From Candidatus Curtissbacteria bacterium (GTDB taxonomy: Bacteria > Patescibacteriota > Microgenomatia > Curtissbacterales > GWA2-41-24): a stretch of DNA of 64,000 nt. The DNA is taken from NCBI GenBank assembly GCA_024654445.1, contig JANLHP010000017.1, positions 33,009 to 97,008 on the forward strand, given 5' to 3'. Below are positions 9,128 to 19,825 of this stretch, one piece after another. A program made the translations under genes and the position numbers. The notes under the pieces are model-generated. The model was not told the DNA's origin. It made no database searches and saw only the letters and a list, made by a program, of their open reading frames with translations. Position 1 is the first letter of the stretch. Every line of letters begins with the position of its first letter.

Positions 9128-10648
9128 TCATTCGTATTCTATTGTTGCTGGTGGTTTTTGGGTGATGTCGTAAACAACGCGATTGACCCCTCGAACTTCG
9201 TTGACGATTCGGCTGGAGATTTTTTCCAGAACCTCATGTGGAATTTTGGACCAATCGGCGGTCATAAAGTCTGTGGTGTCTACAGATCTAAGGGATACGA
9301 TATAGGAATAAGTGCGGCTATCACCCATTACGCCTACAGACTTGACAGGTAGAAGGGCTGCCAGTGATTGTCCTACCTTATTATATATGTCATGGAATTT
9401 AAGCTCTGAAATGAATATTTCATCGACTTCTCGCAGTATCGAAAGTCTCTCTTCTGTCACCTCACCTAGGACTCTAATCGCGAGGCCTGGTCCTGGAAAT
9501 GGATGGCGGTTTGTAAAATCGCGGCTAATGCCAAGCAGATTGCCTATTTTTCTTACTTCGTCTTTATAGAGGTCGCGTAATGGTTCGATGAGCGTGAGCT
9601 TTAATCCTGAAGGCAGCGTAACGTTGTGATGGCTTTTGATTTTGTCCGCGTGTTTAGATGTCTGAGCAGATTCAATTCGGTCAGGGTAAATTGTTCCCTG
9701 ACCTAAAAACTTAACATTGCCGATTTTCTTGGCTTCTTCTTCTAATATTTTAAAGTAGAGCTTGGCGATAACTTTCCTTTTTTCTTCTGGGTCACTTACG
9801 CCTTTTAACCCTTTGATGAACCTGCTACTTACGTCTGTTATTTTGAAATTCTTAAAGCCTACGGTTTTAATAACGTTTTTAAGGTCGGAAACGTCATAAT
9901 TCCTGAGCAAGCCGGTATTTATAAAAACCATATGAAGATTTTTGGGTACTGCTTCTTTTATGAGTATCGCCGCGACAAGAGAGTCTACTCCACCTGAGAT
10001 TGCCATCAGAACTTTTTCGTCGCCGATTTGGTTTTTGAGATCGGATACGATTTGTTCTTTTACTTTTTTGATTGTCCAATCACGATTGGCACCAGAAACA
10101 CCAAAAAGAAAATTGCTTAGGATTTCCTTACCTTTTGTTGTGTGAGAAACTTCTGTGTGGAATTGAATTCCAAAGAAATTATGTTTGAGATTTTGTATTG
10201 CAGCAAATTTGGCGCTTTGAGTGGATCCTATTGCTGTGAATCCTTGAGGCAGTTTGCTCACCTGGTCTCCATGAGAGAACCAAACAGTTTGTGGGCTTTT
10301 TAGGTTTTTAAACAGTGGAGATTTTGAAATTTTTAACTCGACCTTACCAAATTGTTTTTTGGTGTGCGGAACTACTTTACCCCTCAGTTGATATGCCATT
10401 AGTTGCTGGCCATAACATATACCTAAAATCGGCAACTTGAGTTTGTAAATTTTAGGATCGATTTTTGGCGCTCCTTTTTCGTAACAAGAGTAAGGGCTAC
10501 CGGAAAGTATAATTGCTTCGGGATTTATTTTTTTTATTTCGGTAGGAGATATTTCCGGTGAAACGAGTTCACTTTTAACATCTAGGTCTCTTATTCTTCT
10601 TGCAATAAGGTGGGCAAATTGCCCACCAAAGTTAACAACAATTACCAT
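9128..10648 (-). CDS. guaA: GMP synthase (glutamine-hydrolysing)
   Basis: GATase ICYGQQLM Cys, ATP-PPase P-loop ISGGVDSLV, conserved C-terminal dimerisation domain ...PPATIEYE; TGA stop. Confidence 0.95.
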   Translation of the reverse strand: MVIVVNFGGQFAHLIARRIRDLDVKSELVSPEISPTEIKKINPEAIILSGSPYSCYEKGAPKIDPKIYKLKLPILGICYGQQLMAYQLRGKVVPHTKKQFGKVELKISKSPLFKNLKSPQTVWFSHGDQVSKLPQGFTAIGSTQSAKFAAIQNLKHNFFGIQFHTEVSHTTKGKEILSNFLFGVSGANRDWTIKKVKEQIVSDLKNQIGDEKVLMAISGGVDSLVAAILIKEAVPKNLHMVFINTGLLRNYDVSDLKNVIKTVGFKNFKITDVSSRFIKGLKGVSDPEEKRKVIAKLYFKILEEEAKKIGNVKFLGQGTIYPDRIESAQTSKHADKIKSHHNVTLPSGLKLTLIEPLRDLYKDEVRKIGNLLGISRDFTNRHPFPGPGLAIRVLGEVTEERLSILREVDEIFISELKFHDIYNKVGQSLAALLPVKSVGVMGDSRTYSYIVSLRSVDTTDFMTADWSKIPHEVLEKISSRIVNEVRGVNRVVYDITQKPPATIEYE

Positions 10649-10653
10649 AGTCT

Positions 10654-11625
10654 TTAGATCAGCTTACTGAGCGCATCAACAATCCGTTTCTGGGGATCTT
10701 CTGTCGTGTCTATTTCTAATTTTTCGCCTGTTAACTTTTCGTAAACTTCTATATATCGTTTTGCGATTTTTATAATGAGGTCTGGGGGCATTTGTGGGAT
10801 TTTACCGCGTCCTACAAATCCTTGCTGGCTAAACCAAATTCGCATAAATTCTTTATCGTAATTTTCAACCTCTTGTCCCTTTTTAAACCTTTCTTTGTAA
10901 GTTTCTTTGCGCCAATATCTGCTGCTGTCGGGTGTATGAATTTCGTCTATTAGTGTTAACTTTCCTCTTTTGTCGAGACCGAATTCGTATTTTGTATCCG
11001 CAAGGATAAATCCGGCATTACCAGCAATTTTGGTTCCCCTTTCAAATAATTTCAGGGCTACTTTTTCGATTTGTTTCCAAATTGCAGGAGAAATTATTTT
11101 TTGCTTGAAGATTTCTTGTTTTGTGATTGGTTCATCGTGGCCTCCTTTACCTGTTGCTCTGGTCGTCGGGGTAAGTACGGGTTTTGGTAGTTTTTGATTT
11201 TTAATAAGCTTGTCAGGAAATTTAATTCCGTAAATGATTCTTTTTCCTTCTGAGTATTGCTTCCAAAGAGATGTGTCTGTTACCCCAGTGATGTATCCTC
11301 TCACGACAATTTCAATGGGTAGTGCTTGAGCTTCTGAAACTAGCATGACGTTTGGATCGATCACTCCGATCATGTGGTTTGGAATTATGTCTCTCGTTTC
11401 TTCGAACCAAAACTCCGAGAGCTTATTTAATACTGCGCCTCTAAATGGCACCAACCCTAAAACTCTGTCGAAAGCGGAGATTCTGTCGGTTGCAATTAAG
11501 ATTCGCAAGCCATTTCTGGTGTACCAATCGCGGACCTTACCACTGTTTCTCTTGCCGAGTTGAGGTACCTTTACTGTGCTTACCTCGCGGCCTATGTTAT
11601 TTTTGATTATGCTATCTGAAGTCAT
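10654..11625 (-). CDS. purC: Phosphoribosylaminoimidazole-succinocarboxamide synthase (SAICAR synthetase, long form)
   Basis: [16 protein letters not shown] motifs; 323 aa. Confidence 0.85.
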   Translation of the reverse strand: MTSDSIIKNNIGREVSTVKVPQLGKRNSGKVRDWYTRNGLRILIATDRISAFDRVLGLVPFRGAVLNKLSEFWFEETRDIIPNHMIGVIDPNVMLVSEAQALPIEIVVRGYITGVTDTSLWKQYSEGKRIIYGIKFPDKLIKNQKLPKPVLTPTTRATGKGGHDEPITKQEIFKQKIISPAIWKQIEKVALKLFERGTKIAGNAGFILADTKYEFGLDKRGKLTLIDEIHTPDSSRYWRKETYKERFKKGQEVENYDKEFMRIWFSQQGFVGRGKIPQMPPDLIIKIAKRYIEVYEKLTGEKLEIDTTEDPQKRIVDALSKLI

Positions 11626-12140
11626 TTTGCTAGCTGTAAATATTTTTTATATCCTGAGTTTTCTAACTTTTTAGCTTTCTCTCCTACTGTCTTTTTCATT
11701 TTGGCTTTGTATCGAGTTAGCTTACTACTTAAATTTTTATTGTTTGTTGCCAGAATTTCGATCGCAAGGAGGGCCGCATTTGTCGAGCCATTGATGGCAA
11801 CTGTTGCAACAGGAATGCCTGGGGGCATTTGAGCTATTGATAAAAAAGAGTCGATGCCATCCATTGTTTTCGTTTTGATAGGGACGCCGATTACTGGAAG
11901 AGTAGTAATGGAAGCTGTCATTCCCGGTAGGTGGGCCGCGCCGCCCGCGCCGGCTATTATTACTTTAATGCCCTTTGATTTTGCGCTTCTTGCGAACTTG
12001 TACATTCTGTCCGGGGTTCTGTGTGCGGAAACCACGGTCAGCTCATAGCCTACGCCAAAATCATCGAGCACAGTAGCTGACTCTTTCATTATTTCCAGAT
12101 CCGAATCGCTGCCCATGATTATCGCTATTTCTTTTTTCAT
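11622..12140 (-). CDS. purE: N5-carboxyaminoimidazole ribonucleotide mutase
   Basis: [30 protein letters not shown] motifs. Confidence 0.9.
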   Translation of the reverse strand: MKKEIAIIMGSDSDLEIMKESATVLDDFGVGYELTVVSAHRTPDRMYKFARSAKSKGIKVIIAGAGGAAHLPGMTASITTLPVIGVPIKTKTMDGIDSFLSIAQMPPGIPVATVAINGSTNAALLAIEILATNNKNLSSKLTRYKAKMKKTVGEKAKKLENSGYKKYLQLAK

Positions 12141-13285
12141 ATTGTAATTAGTTTTCTTGCTTTTTGTGCTTTTGCCAGTGCCTCTTTTACATTTTCTCCA
12201 AGCGCGGTTACATGCCCCATTTTGCGTTCTTTTTTAGTCTGGGCTTTGCCGTAAATATGGACAAATACGTTTTCCAGTTTTTGAGCAGATTCGATACCTT
12301 TGGGCACAGCAGGAGAATTTCTTGTGCCCAAGATGTTGACCATGACGGCCGCGGGACTTGTCATTTTAATCGATTTTAAGGGTAATTTACAAACAGCTCT
12401 TACGTGGTGTTCAAACTGTGACGCGTTAGTTGCTTCTATGGTGTAGTGGCCGCTGTTGTGAACGCGGGGAGCAATTTCGTTAACAAGAACTTTGTTATTT
12501 TTTGTCAGGAACATCTCTATCGCGAAGACTCCATTGCCCTTCAACATTTTTGCCACTTTTCCGGTTATTATATTTGCCTGTTTTTTGACCGTGTCGGTCA
12601 CGCGAGCGGGGGCAATTACGATATGGCAGATGTCGTTTTTCTGAATTGTTTCCACAAGAGGATATATTTTGGTTGTTTTGCCGCTTTTGACGACTTGAAT
12701 TGCAAGTTCACTTTTAAAAGGGACTAGCTTTTCGACATAAAGGTCGCGAGTACCTAATTTTAAGAGAGCCTTTTTAATGTCTGACTCTTTGGCAAGCCTC
12801 GCGTTGCCCCGTCCGTCAAATCCGTGATGGCGCGCTTTTATAACGAGAGGAAAGCCGAACTTTTTCGCTGCGCGTTTTATATCATCTATTGTTTCGACAG
12901 ATAAAAAGTCTGGTACGGGTACATTGGCCTTTTTTAAGATTTGTTTTTGGAGATATTTATCTTGGATTATTTTAAGAGTTTTGGGTGAAGGGTGAATTGA
13001 TTTGCCGGCACCTTTAAGTTCCACGAGAGATTGGGCATGCGCCGACTCAATTTCGTATGTTAAAAAATCAACGAGACTTGCAAGTTTTTTAATCATCTTT
13101 GGGTCTTTGTAATTACCCACAACTTGTTTATCTGCAATTTGCCCGGCAGGGCTTTGGGGGGTGGGGTCCAAAACGACAGTTTTTATGTTTAGATTTTGGG
13201 CGGCTTGGACCAACATTCTGCCCAGTTGGCCTCCGCCGATTATCCCTAAGCTGCTTTTTTTATTTTTTGAAGTAATATTTCGCAT
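12137..13285 (-). CDS. purK: N5-carboxyaminoimidazole ribonucleotide synthase (ATP-grasp)
   Basis: [13 protein letters not shown]-terminus, ATP-grasp core; 4-nt overlap with purE. Confidence 0.85.
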   Translation of the reverse strand: MRNITSKNKKSSLGIIGGGQLGRMLVQAAQNLNIKTVVLDPTPQSPAGQIADKQVVGNYKDPKMIKKLASLVDFLTYEIESAHAQSLVELKGAGKSIHPSPKTLKIIQDKYLQKQILKKANVPVPDFLSVETIDDIKRAAKKFGFPLVIKARHHGFDGRGNARLAKESDIKKALLKLGTRDLYVEKLVPFKSELAIQVVKSGKTTKIYPLVETIQKNDICHIVIAPARVTDTVKKQANIITGKVAKMLKGNGVFAIEMFLTKNNKVLVNEIAPRVHNSGHYTIEATNASQFEHHVRAVCKLPLKSIKMTSPAAVMVNILGTRNSPAVPKGIESAQKLENVFVHIYGKAQTKKERKMGHVTALGENVKEALAKAQKARKLITI

Positions 13286-14634
13286 TTTTCTTTTGCAAGT
13301 CCTATGTGGGTTTTATAATCAGAAAGTTTATCTATATCTTTGCTATTTAAATACTTTGTAATCTTCTCGTCTTTTTTTAAATTTTCAAAAAGGGGATTTG
13401 TTCCAAGCCGGTTATTGAACTCATAAGCGACAAGGGCGTGTTCGCGTAAAACTTCATGCATTTCTTGTCTGTCGGCGCCTCTTTTTGTCGATTCTAGTAA
13501 AATGAGCTCAATCGCGGCAAAGGGGCCGAAATTCTCCAAGTTTTTTTCAATATTTTTTTGGTTAATGACCAGGCCGCTTACAATTGATTTGGTTGATAAT
13601 AGAATTTCATTTGTTGCGAGAAATGCGTCAGGTAGAACTATTCTCCTGGATGCGGAATCGTCAAGGGTCCGCTCCAGTAGTGAATTTGCTGCATTGTCCC
13701 AGGAGACTTTCGTAAGAGATGCAACATATCTTGCGAGTGAACAAATTTTTTCTGCAGTTATTGGGTTTCTTTTAAATGGCATTGCGGAAGACCCTACCTG
13801 CTTCTTCCCGAATGGTTCCATCCACTCTCCAAATCCTGCGGATTGCATGATTCTTAAATCAAAAGCGAATTTGCTTGCGCTCTGCGCGATGGATGACAGC
13901 AAGCTTAAAATTAGAAAATCCAATTTTCTCGGGTATACTTGTCCGGTGACGTCAAACGCTTCAATTCCGAGTTCTGACATCACATCTTCCTCGAAATTTT
14001 TTGCCTTACTTCCAAGTAATGCTACATATGACGCATAAGTTCCAACTGCTCCTTTTGTTCCTTTGCCTTTAACGTTTTCTTTAACAAAGTTAAGTAGTTG
14101 TAGGTCGATTAAAAGGTCCTGAGCATAAAGTGTGAACCTGTAACCCAATGTTGTTGGCTCGGCTGGCTGCAGATGCGTGTAGGCCATACATACCAGCTCT
14201 TTATATTCGCTTATTTTTTTGGAAAATTCGGCAAGAGCTTGTTTTAATTCTGTTTCGATTATTTCCAAAGCAGAAAGTAGAATAATTGCATCTGCGTTGT
14301 CTTCTATGTCCTGCGATGTGGCGCCAAGATGGATTTTACCTCCACCAATTTTTGATTGAGCCGCGAATGTTTTAAGCTCGGCCATTAGATCATGTTTAAT
14401 TTCTGCTTCTATTTCGTGAGCTTTTTCTATGTCGATTTTTTGTGAATTGTCTCTTATATCCAAAAATTCTGCTTTTGTAAGAAGACCTGCTTTATGCTGA
14501 ACTCTGGCGATCGCCGTCCATACTTTGCGCCACGTTTTTCTTCTATTTATTTCGGAGAAAAGTTGCCGCATTTGGTCGCTGCCATAACGCCAGGAAAATG
14601 CGGATTGATATGTGTTGAAATTAATTTCTGTCAT
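13246..14634 (-). CDS. purB: Adenylosuccinate lyase
   Basis: Fumarate-lyase signature GSSAMPFKRNP; 462 aa; TAG stop followed after one codon by TAA. Confidence 0.9.
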   Translation of the reverse strand: MTEINFNTYQSAFSWRYGSDQMRQLFSEINRRKTWRKVWTAIARVQHKAGLLTKAEFLDIRDNSQKIDIEKAHEIEAEIKHDLMAELKTFAAQSKIGGGKIHLGATSQDIEDNADAIILLSALEIIETELKQALAEFSKKISEYKELVCMAYTHLQPAEPTTLGYRFTLYAQDLLIDLQLLNFVKENVKGKGTKGAVGTYASYVALLGSKAKNFEEDVMSELGIEAFDVTGQVYPRKLDFLILSLLSSIAQSASKFAFDLRIMQSAGFGEWMEPFGKKQVGSSAMPFKRNPITAEKICSLARYVASLTKVSWDNAANSLLERTLDDSASRRIVLPDAFLATNEILLSTKSIVSGLVINQKNIEKNLENFGPFAAIELILLESTKRGADRQEMHEVLREHALVAYEFNNRLGTNPLFENLKKDEKITKYLNSKDIDKLSDYKTHIGLAKEKCEILLQKIKKAA

Positions 14635-14646
14635 ATTTTTGATCTC

Positions 14647-14736
14647 GTCATTCTGGAGACCGAAGGTCGATAGAATCTAAACGATTGAGATCCTATTCGT
14701 AGAAAAGCTCTGCTTATCGGTCGTTTCACTCCCTCC
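14647..14736. repeat. Palindromic intergenic repeat family R2, copy A (GTCATTCTGGAG...CGATAGAATCTA...CTCCAGGATGAC)
   Basis: Terminal inverted repeats gtcattctggag / ctccaggatgac; shared core with copies at 17146, 24477, 51897, 56146. Confidence 0.8.
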
Positions 14737-14748
14737 AGGATGACAGTT

Positions 14749-15864
14749 TTACGTTGTCACCTTCTTGAGTTTCCCGCTTCTGATTGCTGTTTTTATTTCC
14801 ATCGCTACGCGCCTCCCCATACTTATGCTTTGACCAAATAAATATCCACTGTAAGGAGTCGCGAAGATTCCGGGAGAACCTGGCATCCTAGGGGAAACGT
14901 CGAAAACAACTATTTCCTTTTTGGGTGGCCCTGGAGTAATGACGGATTGCAAACTGAACGGCCCAATGACCCCTGGGGGGTACATATTTTTTGCAGCCGC
15001 AACAAATTTTTCCCCGGCTTCAAATGCCCCTTCCAGCATTGATTCGAGAGTGGTAACTGCGATGTGTCCCGCTTCTTCGTATTTGATGTCGAAAAACTGT
15101 TGATCGTTAATGGATAATTGTTCGCTGGCCGGAAGTTTAAGAAACCCTTCAAGATTTGTTTGGCGTCTGGTGTCAGTTCCGATCAACTCAAGTCGATTTA
15201 AAATAGGGGAGTAGAAAAAATTAAAATTCACTTGAACGCCCAGAACGAATTCTTCAATCGTTGCAGCGTCTAAATCTTTTTTAGTTATTTTTCCTTCTTT
15301 AATTAATATCCTGGCTCTTTGCTGATATGAAGTGGGGGAGTTAGCTAAAAAGAAGGCTCTCTCGAAGCCTCTTTGCTTTTCGGGAACTTTAACAATTACT
15401 AATCTGTCGATCTCTTGCGGATTTTGATAGATCTTGGGAAAGCGAATAACAGCAGTTTTTAAAATGTCATATTGATTTCTTTCTTCTGTTCGCTCTTCGG
15501 CGCGGAGTAAAAACCTATTTCCAAATATTGGGATTTTAAAATCCTTCTCGATTGCGTCATAATCACCGATGTAAACCTCGAATGAGCGGTGGGGGATAAA
15601 AATTGCATTTTTGGCCTTTAGAATTTTCTGGAATCGGGGGTCTAAAATATCTTTAAACTTGTCGACATATAAAACTTCGTCCACACAGCCCGTAGGTCCT
15701 GAGCTTGCCGAAGGGCTTCTGCTAGTTGTCTTAAAGTACTTTGCGTAAGTCTTGTCTCTCCCCTCCTCTACTATTACAATAGTTGCCAACCCTTCGTCTT
15801 TAGCTCCTCGGCAGACGTCTAAAGCGCTATGGCTTCCTATGACTGCTACCGCTACCCTAGCCAT
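14749..15864 (-). CDS. PurP-like ATP-grasp protein (archaeal-type 5-formaminoimidazole-4-carboxamide ribonucleotide synthetase paralog, divergent)
   Basis: N-terminus VAVIGSHSALDV; IPHRSFEVYIG, FFYSP, SMGRRVAMEIK - same family as the ORF at 17216 but more divergent. Confidence 0.6.
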   Translation of the reverse strand: MARVAVAVIGSHSALDVCRGAKDEGLATIVIVEEGRDKTYAKYFKTTSRSPSASSGPTGCVDEVLYVDKFKDILDPRFQKILKAKNAIFIPHRSFEVYIGDYDAIEKDFKIPIFGNRFLLRAEERTEERNQYDILKTAVIRFPKIYQNPQEIDRLVIVKVPEKQRGFERAFFLANSPTSYQQRARILIKEGKITKKDLDAATIEEFVLGVQVNFNFFYSPILNRLELIGTDTRRQTNLEGFLKLPASEQLSINDQQFFDIKYEEAGHIAVTTLESMLEGAFEAGEKFVAAAKNMYPPGVIGPFSLQSVITPGPPKKEIVVFDVSPRMPGSPGIFATPYSGYLFGQSISMGRRVAMEIKTAIRSGKLKKVTT

Positions 15865-17137
15865 AGATTACCTCGTTTCTTGCGGGTCCGACACCGATAA
15901 AATCAACCGGCACACCCACAAATTCTTCAATCTTCTGGATATATTTTTTGGCGTTTTTGGGAAGGTCGGCAAATTTCCTGACTTTGGTGATGTCTTCTTG
16001 CCATCCCGGCAGAGTTTGATAAACCGGTTTACATTTTTCAAGTTTGTCCGCGTCGCCCGGAATGTATCCTACTTTTTTACCGTTTAGCAAGTAGCCTATG
16101 CAAATTTTAATTTCGTCAAATTCGGTTAAGATATCTAATTTTGTTACGGCAAGATGTTTTATGTTATTTACTTCACAAGCTGCTTTTAATAGGACGAGGT
16201 CCAGCCATCCAGGGTCTCTGACGCGGCCCGACGTTGTTCCCACTTCCCCACCCTTTTCTATAATTATTTTTCTTTCTTTGCCCTTTATTATTGTCGGCAT
16301 TGGGCCCGCGCCTACTCTTGTCGTATAGGCTTTTGTTATACCAATTGGGTGGTTAATAACAGAAGGGTTTAAATCGAACGACCGTAGAATCCCAACTAGC
16401 CCCGGGTTGGAAGAAGTAACGTACGGGTACGTACCCGCGTCGATATCAAGAAAATATCCTTGGGCGCCTTCGAATAGAACGTTTTGCTTGTTTTTAATCG
16501 CTTCATTTAATATTTCGTTGGTATCAGCAACATAAGGCTTAATGATTTTTGCGTAGTCGGTAAATTTTTGGTGAATTTCGCGGTAAGAAAGTTTTAGGTT
16601 GAAAAACTTATTTTGAACCGTGAGTTCTTCTTTTAATTTTTTAGCAAAATCGGCACTTACCAAGTCTTTAACCCGAAGACCAACTCTTTCGGTTCTGTCG
16701 GCGTATGCTGGGCCCACTCCCCTTTTCAGCGTTCCTAATTTGGAACTTCTCATTTGTTCTCGAAGCGCGTCGCGGAGCTTATGCCACGGCATAACTAAAG
16801 TTGCCCTATGATCGATTCTTAAATTTTTCCAAGAAACGCCAGCAGCTCTAAGTTGCTCCAATTCGTCGTCGATAAGCGATTCCAAATCGACCAAGACGTT
16901 TTTGCCAACTAAACATTTTGTTTTTGGGTTAAATATTCCGGAGGGCATTATATGAAGAGCAAAAGTGCCAAATTCGTTTTTGATCGTATGGCCTGTATTT
17001 GATCCGCCGTTAAATCTGGCAACAACGGCTGCCCTTTGTCCTAAATCGTCAATAAGCCGTCCTTTACCCGAGTCTCCCCAATCGACTCCGATTACGGCAG
17101 CAACACCTGACCAGTTTTTTAAATTATTACTTTTCAC
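15857..17137 (-). CDS. purA: Adenylosuccinate synthetase
   Basis: GVDWGDSGKGRLID P-loop, GGSNTGHTI, conserved C-terminus. Confidence 0.95.
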   Translation of the reverse strand: MKSNNLKNWSGVAAVIGVDWGDSGKGRLIDDLGQRAAVVARFNGGSNTGHTIKNEFGTFALHIMPSGIFNPKTKCLVGKNVLVDLESLIDDELEQLRAAGVSWKNLRIDHRATLVMPWHKLRDALREQMRSSKLGTLKRGVGPAYADRTERVGLRVKDLVSADFAKKLKEELTVQNKFFNLKLSYREIHQKFTDYAKIIKPYVADTNEILNEAIKNKQNVLFEGAQGYFLDIDAGTYPYVTSSNPGLVGILRSFDLNPSVINHPIGITKAYTTRVGAGPMPTIIKGKERKIIIEKGGEVGTTSGRVRDPGWLDLVLLKAACEVNNIKHLAVTKLDILTEFDEIKICIGYLLNGKKVGYIPGDADKLEKCKPVYQTLPGWQEDITKVRKFADLPKNAKKYIQKIEEFVGVPVDFIGVGPARNEVIYG

Positions 17138-17145
17138 TAAATTTT

Positions 17146-17208
17146 GTCATTCTGGAGACTGAAGGTCGATAGAATCTATTTGACCCTATCGCTTCGCTCC
17201 AGGGTGAC
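17146..17208. repeat. R2 palindromic repeat, copy B
   Basis: gtcattctggagactgaaggtcgatagaatcta...cgctccagggtgacgg. Confidence 0.8.
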
Positions 17209-17215
17209 GGTAATA

Positions 17216-18229
17216 TTAATCTAAAATTTTGTTTAACTTTTTTGTTCTAATCGCGTCTTTTATTTCCATTGCGATTCTTCTGCCTGTTGAAACGGGTTTA
17301 TCCCAGTAAAGGGCAGCGTATGGTGAACCATTTATAAATAAGTTAGTTCCAGCAACTATTCGGCAGGAGATTTCTATTATAGAAAATTTTTGCTCCGGAG
17401 TGATAATCGTCTCAAGACAAAATGGGCCCCATATTCCCTTTTTCATTAATTTTTGCGAAGTTGCCACAACTCTTTCCCCCATTTCGAACGCTTCTGCAAG
17501 AAGCGACTCTCGCAGAGTTAACGGTGAGTTTCCAACGACGACGAACGACGGTTCTATTCCAAGACCTGTTTGGTTTTGGACTGGGATTCGCCCTAGAGAG
17601 TCTACGTTAGACTCGTATCTTTTGTCTATTGATAAAATCTCGAGTTCTTTTGATATTGGGGAATAAAAATAATGAATATAAAGAGGAACGCCGATGACGT
17701 ACTCTTGGACGATAAACCTTTGTGGTTTAAACCCTTTTAGACGCCTTAGTAACTCTTTTTCGTTTTTTGCAAAAAAGTACCCTTCGCCTCCCGCTGCCCC
17801 AAAAGCTTTAACAATTACCGGGCTGTCTATCTTGTCTCCTTTTTTATAACGCTTTGGGACTGGAATGTCTGATTGTATTAGCCACTCTCTTTGCATTTTG
17901 CGGTCTGATTCCCAGTCTAAAACTTCTTTATTGCCAAAATAAGGAACTTTCATTTTTTTGTTTTCGTCTATACCCAGATAAGCGACAAAAGATCCGTGAG
18001 GAATTATGATGCAGTTTTCTTTTATTAAAGTTTTTTCTACTTGTGGAAATTCCGCGTATGTGGGGATTTCTATTATCTTGTCGATGAAGTTAAAGCGTTT
18101 GTAGAGGTCTAGTCTGTTTGAGGTCGCGACCAGAACTGTTTTGAATTTTTCGTCGTGTGCGCCTTTTAAAATTTGGAGAGCAGAGTGGGAACCGAGAGTT
18201 GCTATTTTGTAGGATTTTCGTCCCGCCAT
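17216..18229 (-). CDS. purP: 5-formaminoimidazole-4-carboxamide-1-beta-D-ribofuranosyl 5'-monophosphate synthetase (archaeal-type, formate/ATP-dependent)
   Basis: Near-collinear to recalled archaeal PurP: IATLGSHSALQILKGA, YKRF, IPHGSFVAY, VPYFGN, LDWESDR, IHYFYSP, DKRYESN, GPFCLE, GRRIAMEIK. Confidence 0.8.
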   Translation of the reverse strand: MAGRKSYKIATLGSHSALQILKGAHDEKFKTVLVATSNRLDLYKRFNFIDKIIEIPTYAEFPQVEKTLIKENCIIIPHGSFVAYLGIDENKKMKVPYFGNKEVLDWESDRKMQREWLIQSDIPVPKRYKKGDKIDSPVIVKAFGAAGGEGYFFAKNEKELLRRLKGFKPQRFIVQEYVIGVPLYIHYFYSPISKELEILSIDKRYESNVDSLGRIPVQNQTGLGIEPSFVVVGNSPLTLRESLLAEAFEMGERVVATSQKLMKKGIWGPFCLETIITPEQKFSIIEISCRIVAGTNLFINGSPYAALYWDKPVSTGRRIAMEIKDAIRTKKLNKILD

Positions 18230-18253
18230 CTTTGTATTCTACAGACTCTGAGG

Positions 18254-19735
18254 CTAAATTGCAAAAAAGGCGGCGGCTAGAACAAGGAGGATATAAAGCA
18301 GAGACCAGGGGATAATTTTTTTAATGATGTGCCTTTCCTTTCCTTTTAAGTCGACTGCTGTTTGGGCGGCAATAATGTTTGGGATTGAAATCATATTTCC
18401 TGCTGTTGCGCCTAGAAGCTGCAATGAAAGGATAATGGAAATATTTATACCTGCTTGTTCTGCGGCATGAGCTTGTGCAGGGCCGAAAAGTAAGTTTGAG
18501 ACCGTTGCGCTTCCCGCGATAAATGCGCCGAATGCTCCTATAAATGGCGACAAAAGCGGCAGTAGGGGTGTCTCTAAGTTTTTAAAGGCTTGGGTCGCTA
18601 GCTGGCTGTTGACCATTACTTGCATTAGCCCCACAACTAAAAAAATTATTGTTGCAATATAGGGTATTTTGACGAAAGCTTCTTTTGCGCCTTTAAAGAC
18701 GTCTCTTAAAGTTAAGCTTGATACAGCAATAATGACGACTGCCGATATCAAAAATATAGTTCCGGGATTAAAAAGGACAAAAGTATGAGAAATGTTCTCG
18801 TTAATTTCTGCCGTTAACCTCAGGGGTATAAGTTTCGCAATTATCAAGAGTGAAACAAGTAAAGCGTAAGGCATTAAAGCTTTAGTCGGCGAAATCCTCA
18901 CTTTGGGTTCTGATGGATCTTTAATTTTGAAGTCATTATTGAATTTAAACAGTCCTAATTTTAGGGCTAAAAGAACAACCGCCGTTCCGATGGTGGCTCC
19001 CGCAATTGATGGAAATTCCAACCCCAGATATAAACCAAAATAATAAGGAATAACAAAACAGAGTCCTGAAAATATGGCAAAGGGCGAAGCTTTTATAAAA
19101 AATTGCCACACTGGTTTCTTTAATGCATAAGTAAGAATTGCCAGTACCATAAGAGGCACAAAAACTCCAACTATTGCTCCTAACTCAACAGTGTTTTGGG
19201 CTATTTCTTGCATATTAAAATTATGAAAACCTATTTTAATTGGAGTTCCTACCGCACCGAAAGTAACAGGTGCGCTGTTTGCAACTAGTGCGATAACCAC
19301 TGCCCAAATCGGTTTTATTCCTGTTCTTAATAAAAGATACGCAACGATTAGTGCCGGGATTCCAAAGCCGGCTGTGCTTTCCAGAAACGCTCCAAAAAAC
19401 CACGCCAATAAAATTGTTTGTACTCGGATGTCTGGTGATATTTTATGCAGGTATGTTTCGAGGGAAGAAATTACGTCCGCTTTTTGCATTAAATATAAAA
19501 AGGTGAGAGCACCGAAAACAATTAACACAATGTCGAGCGAGACAAAAGCGCCTTTTAAGAGGCTTGAAAGAATAACTTGATAGGACGTATGTAGATAAAA
19601 CGTGCTTAAGATTATGGCAGCAAACAAACTTATGAGTGCTGATATTTTTAGCTTGTTTTTGAAGAGTAAAAGGCCACCTACAAGTATTAATATCGGCAGA
19701 AGCGACAAAAAAGTTTGCACAAAATATTTTAACAA
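18254..19735 (-). CDS. L-lactate permease family (LctP) transporter
   Basis: WFFGAFLESTAGFGIPALIVAYLL...ANSAPVTFGAVGTPI and C-terminal LLFGPAQAHAAEQAGI...GNMISIPNIIAA align to the E. coli LldP conserved blocks. Confidence 0.75.
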   Translation of the reverse strand: MLKYFVQTFLSLLPILILVGGLLLFKNKLKISALISLFAAIILSTFYLHTSYQVILSSLLKGAFVSLDIVLIVFGALTFLYLMQKADVISSLETYLHKISPDIRVQTILLAWFFGAFLESTAGFGIPALIVAYLLLRTGIKPIWAVVIALVANSAPVTFGAVGTPIKIGFHNFNMQEIAQNTVELGAIVGVFVPLMVLAILTYALKKPVWQFFIKASPFAIFSGLCFVIPYYFGLYLGLEFPSIAGATIGTAVVLLALKLGLFKFNNDFKIKDPSEPKVRISPTKALMPYALLVSLLIIAKLIPLRLTAEINENISHTFVLFNPGTIFLISAVVIIAVSSLTLRDVFKGAKEAFVKIPYIATIIFLVVGLMQVMVNSQLATQAFKNLETPLLPLLSPFIGAFGAFIAGSATVSNLLFGPAQAHAAEQAGINISIILSLQLLGATAGNMISIPNIIAAQTAVDLKGKERHIIKKIIPWSLLYILLVLAAAFFAI

Positions 19736-19825
19736 ATAATTATTACGAAGTTAACCGAGGGTTGCGATTTTGTAACTTTTTCGTCCCGCCGCCCGAAATT
19801 AAACTTGCAAGTCTTAATCTTTCGC

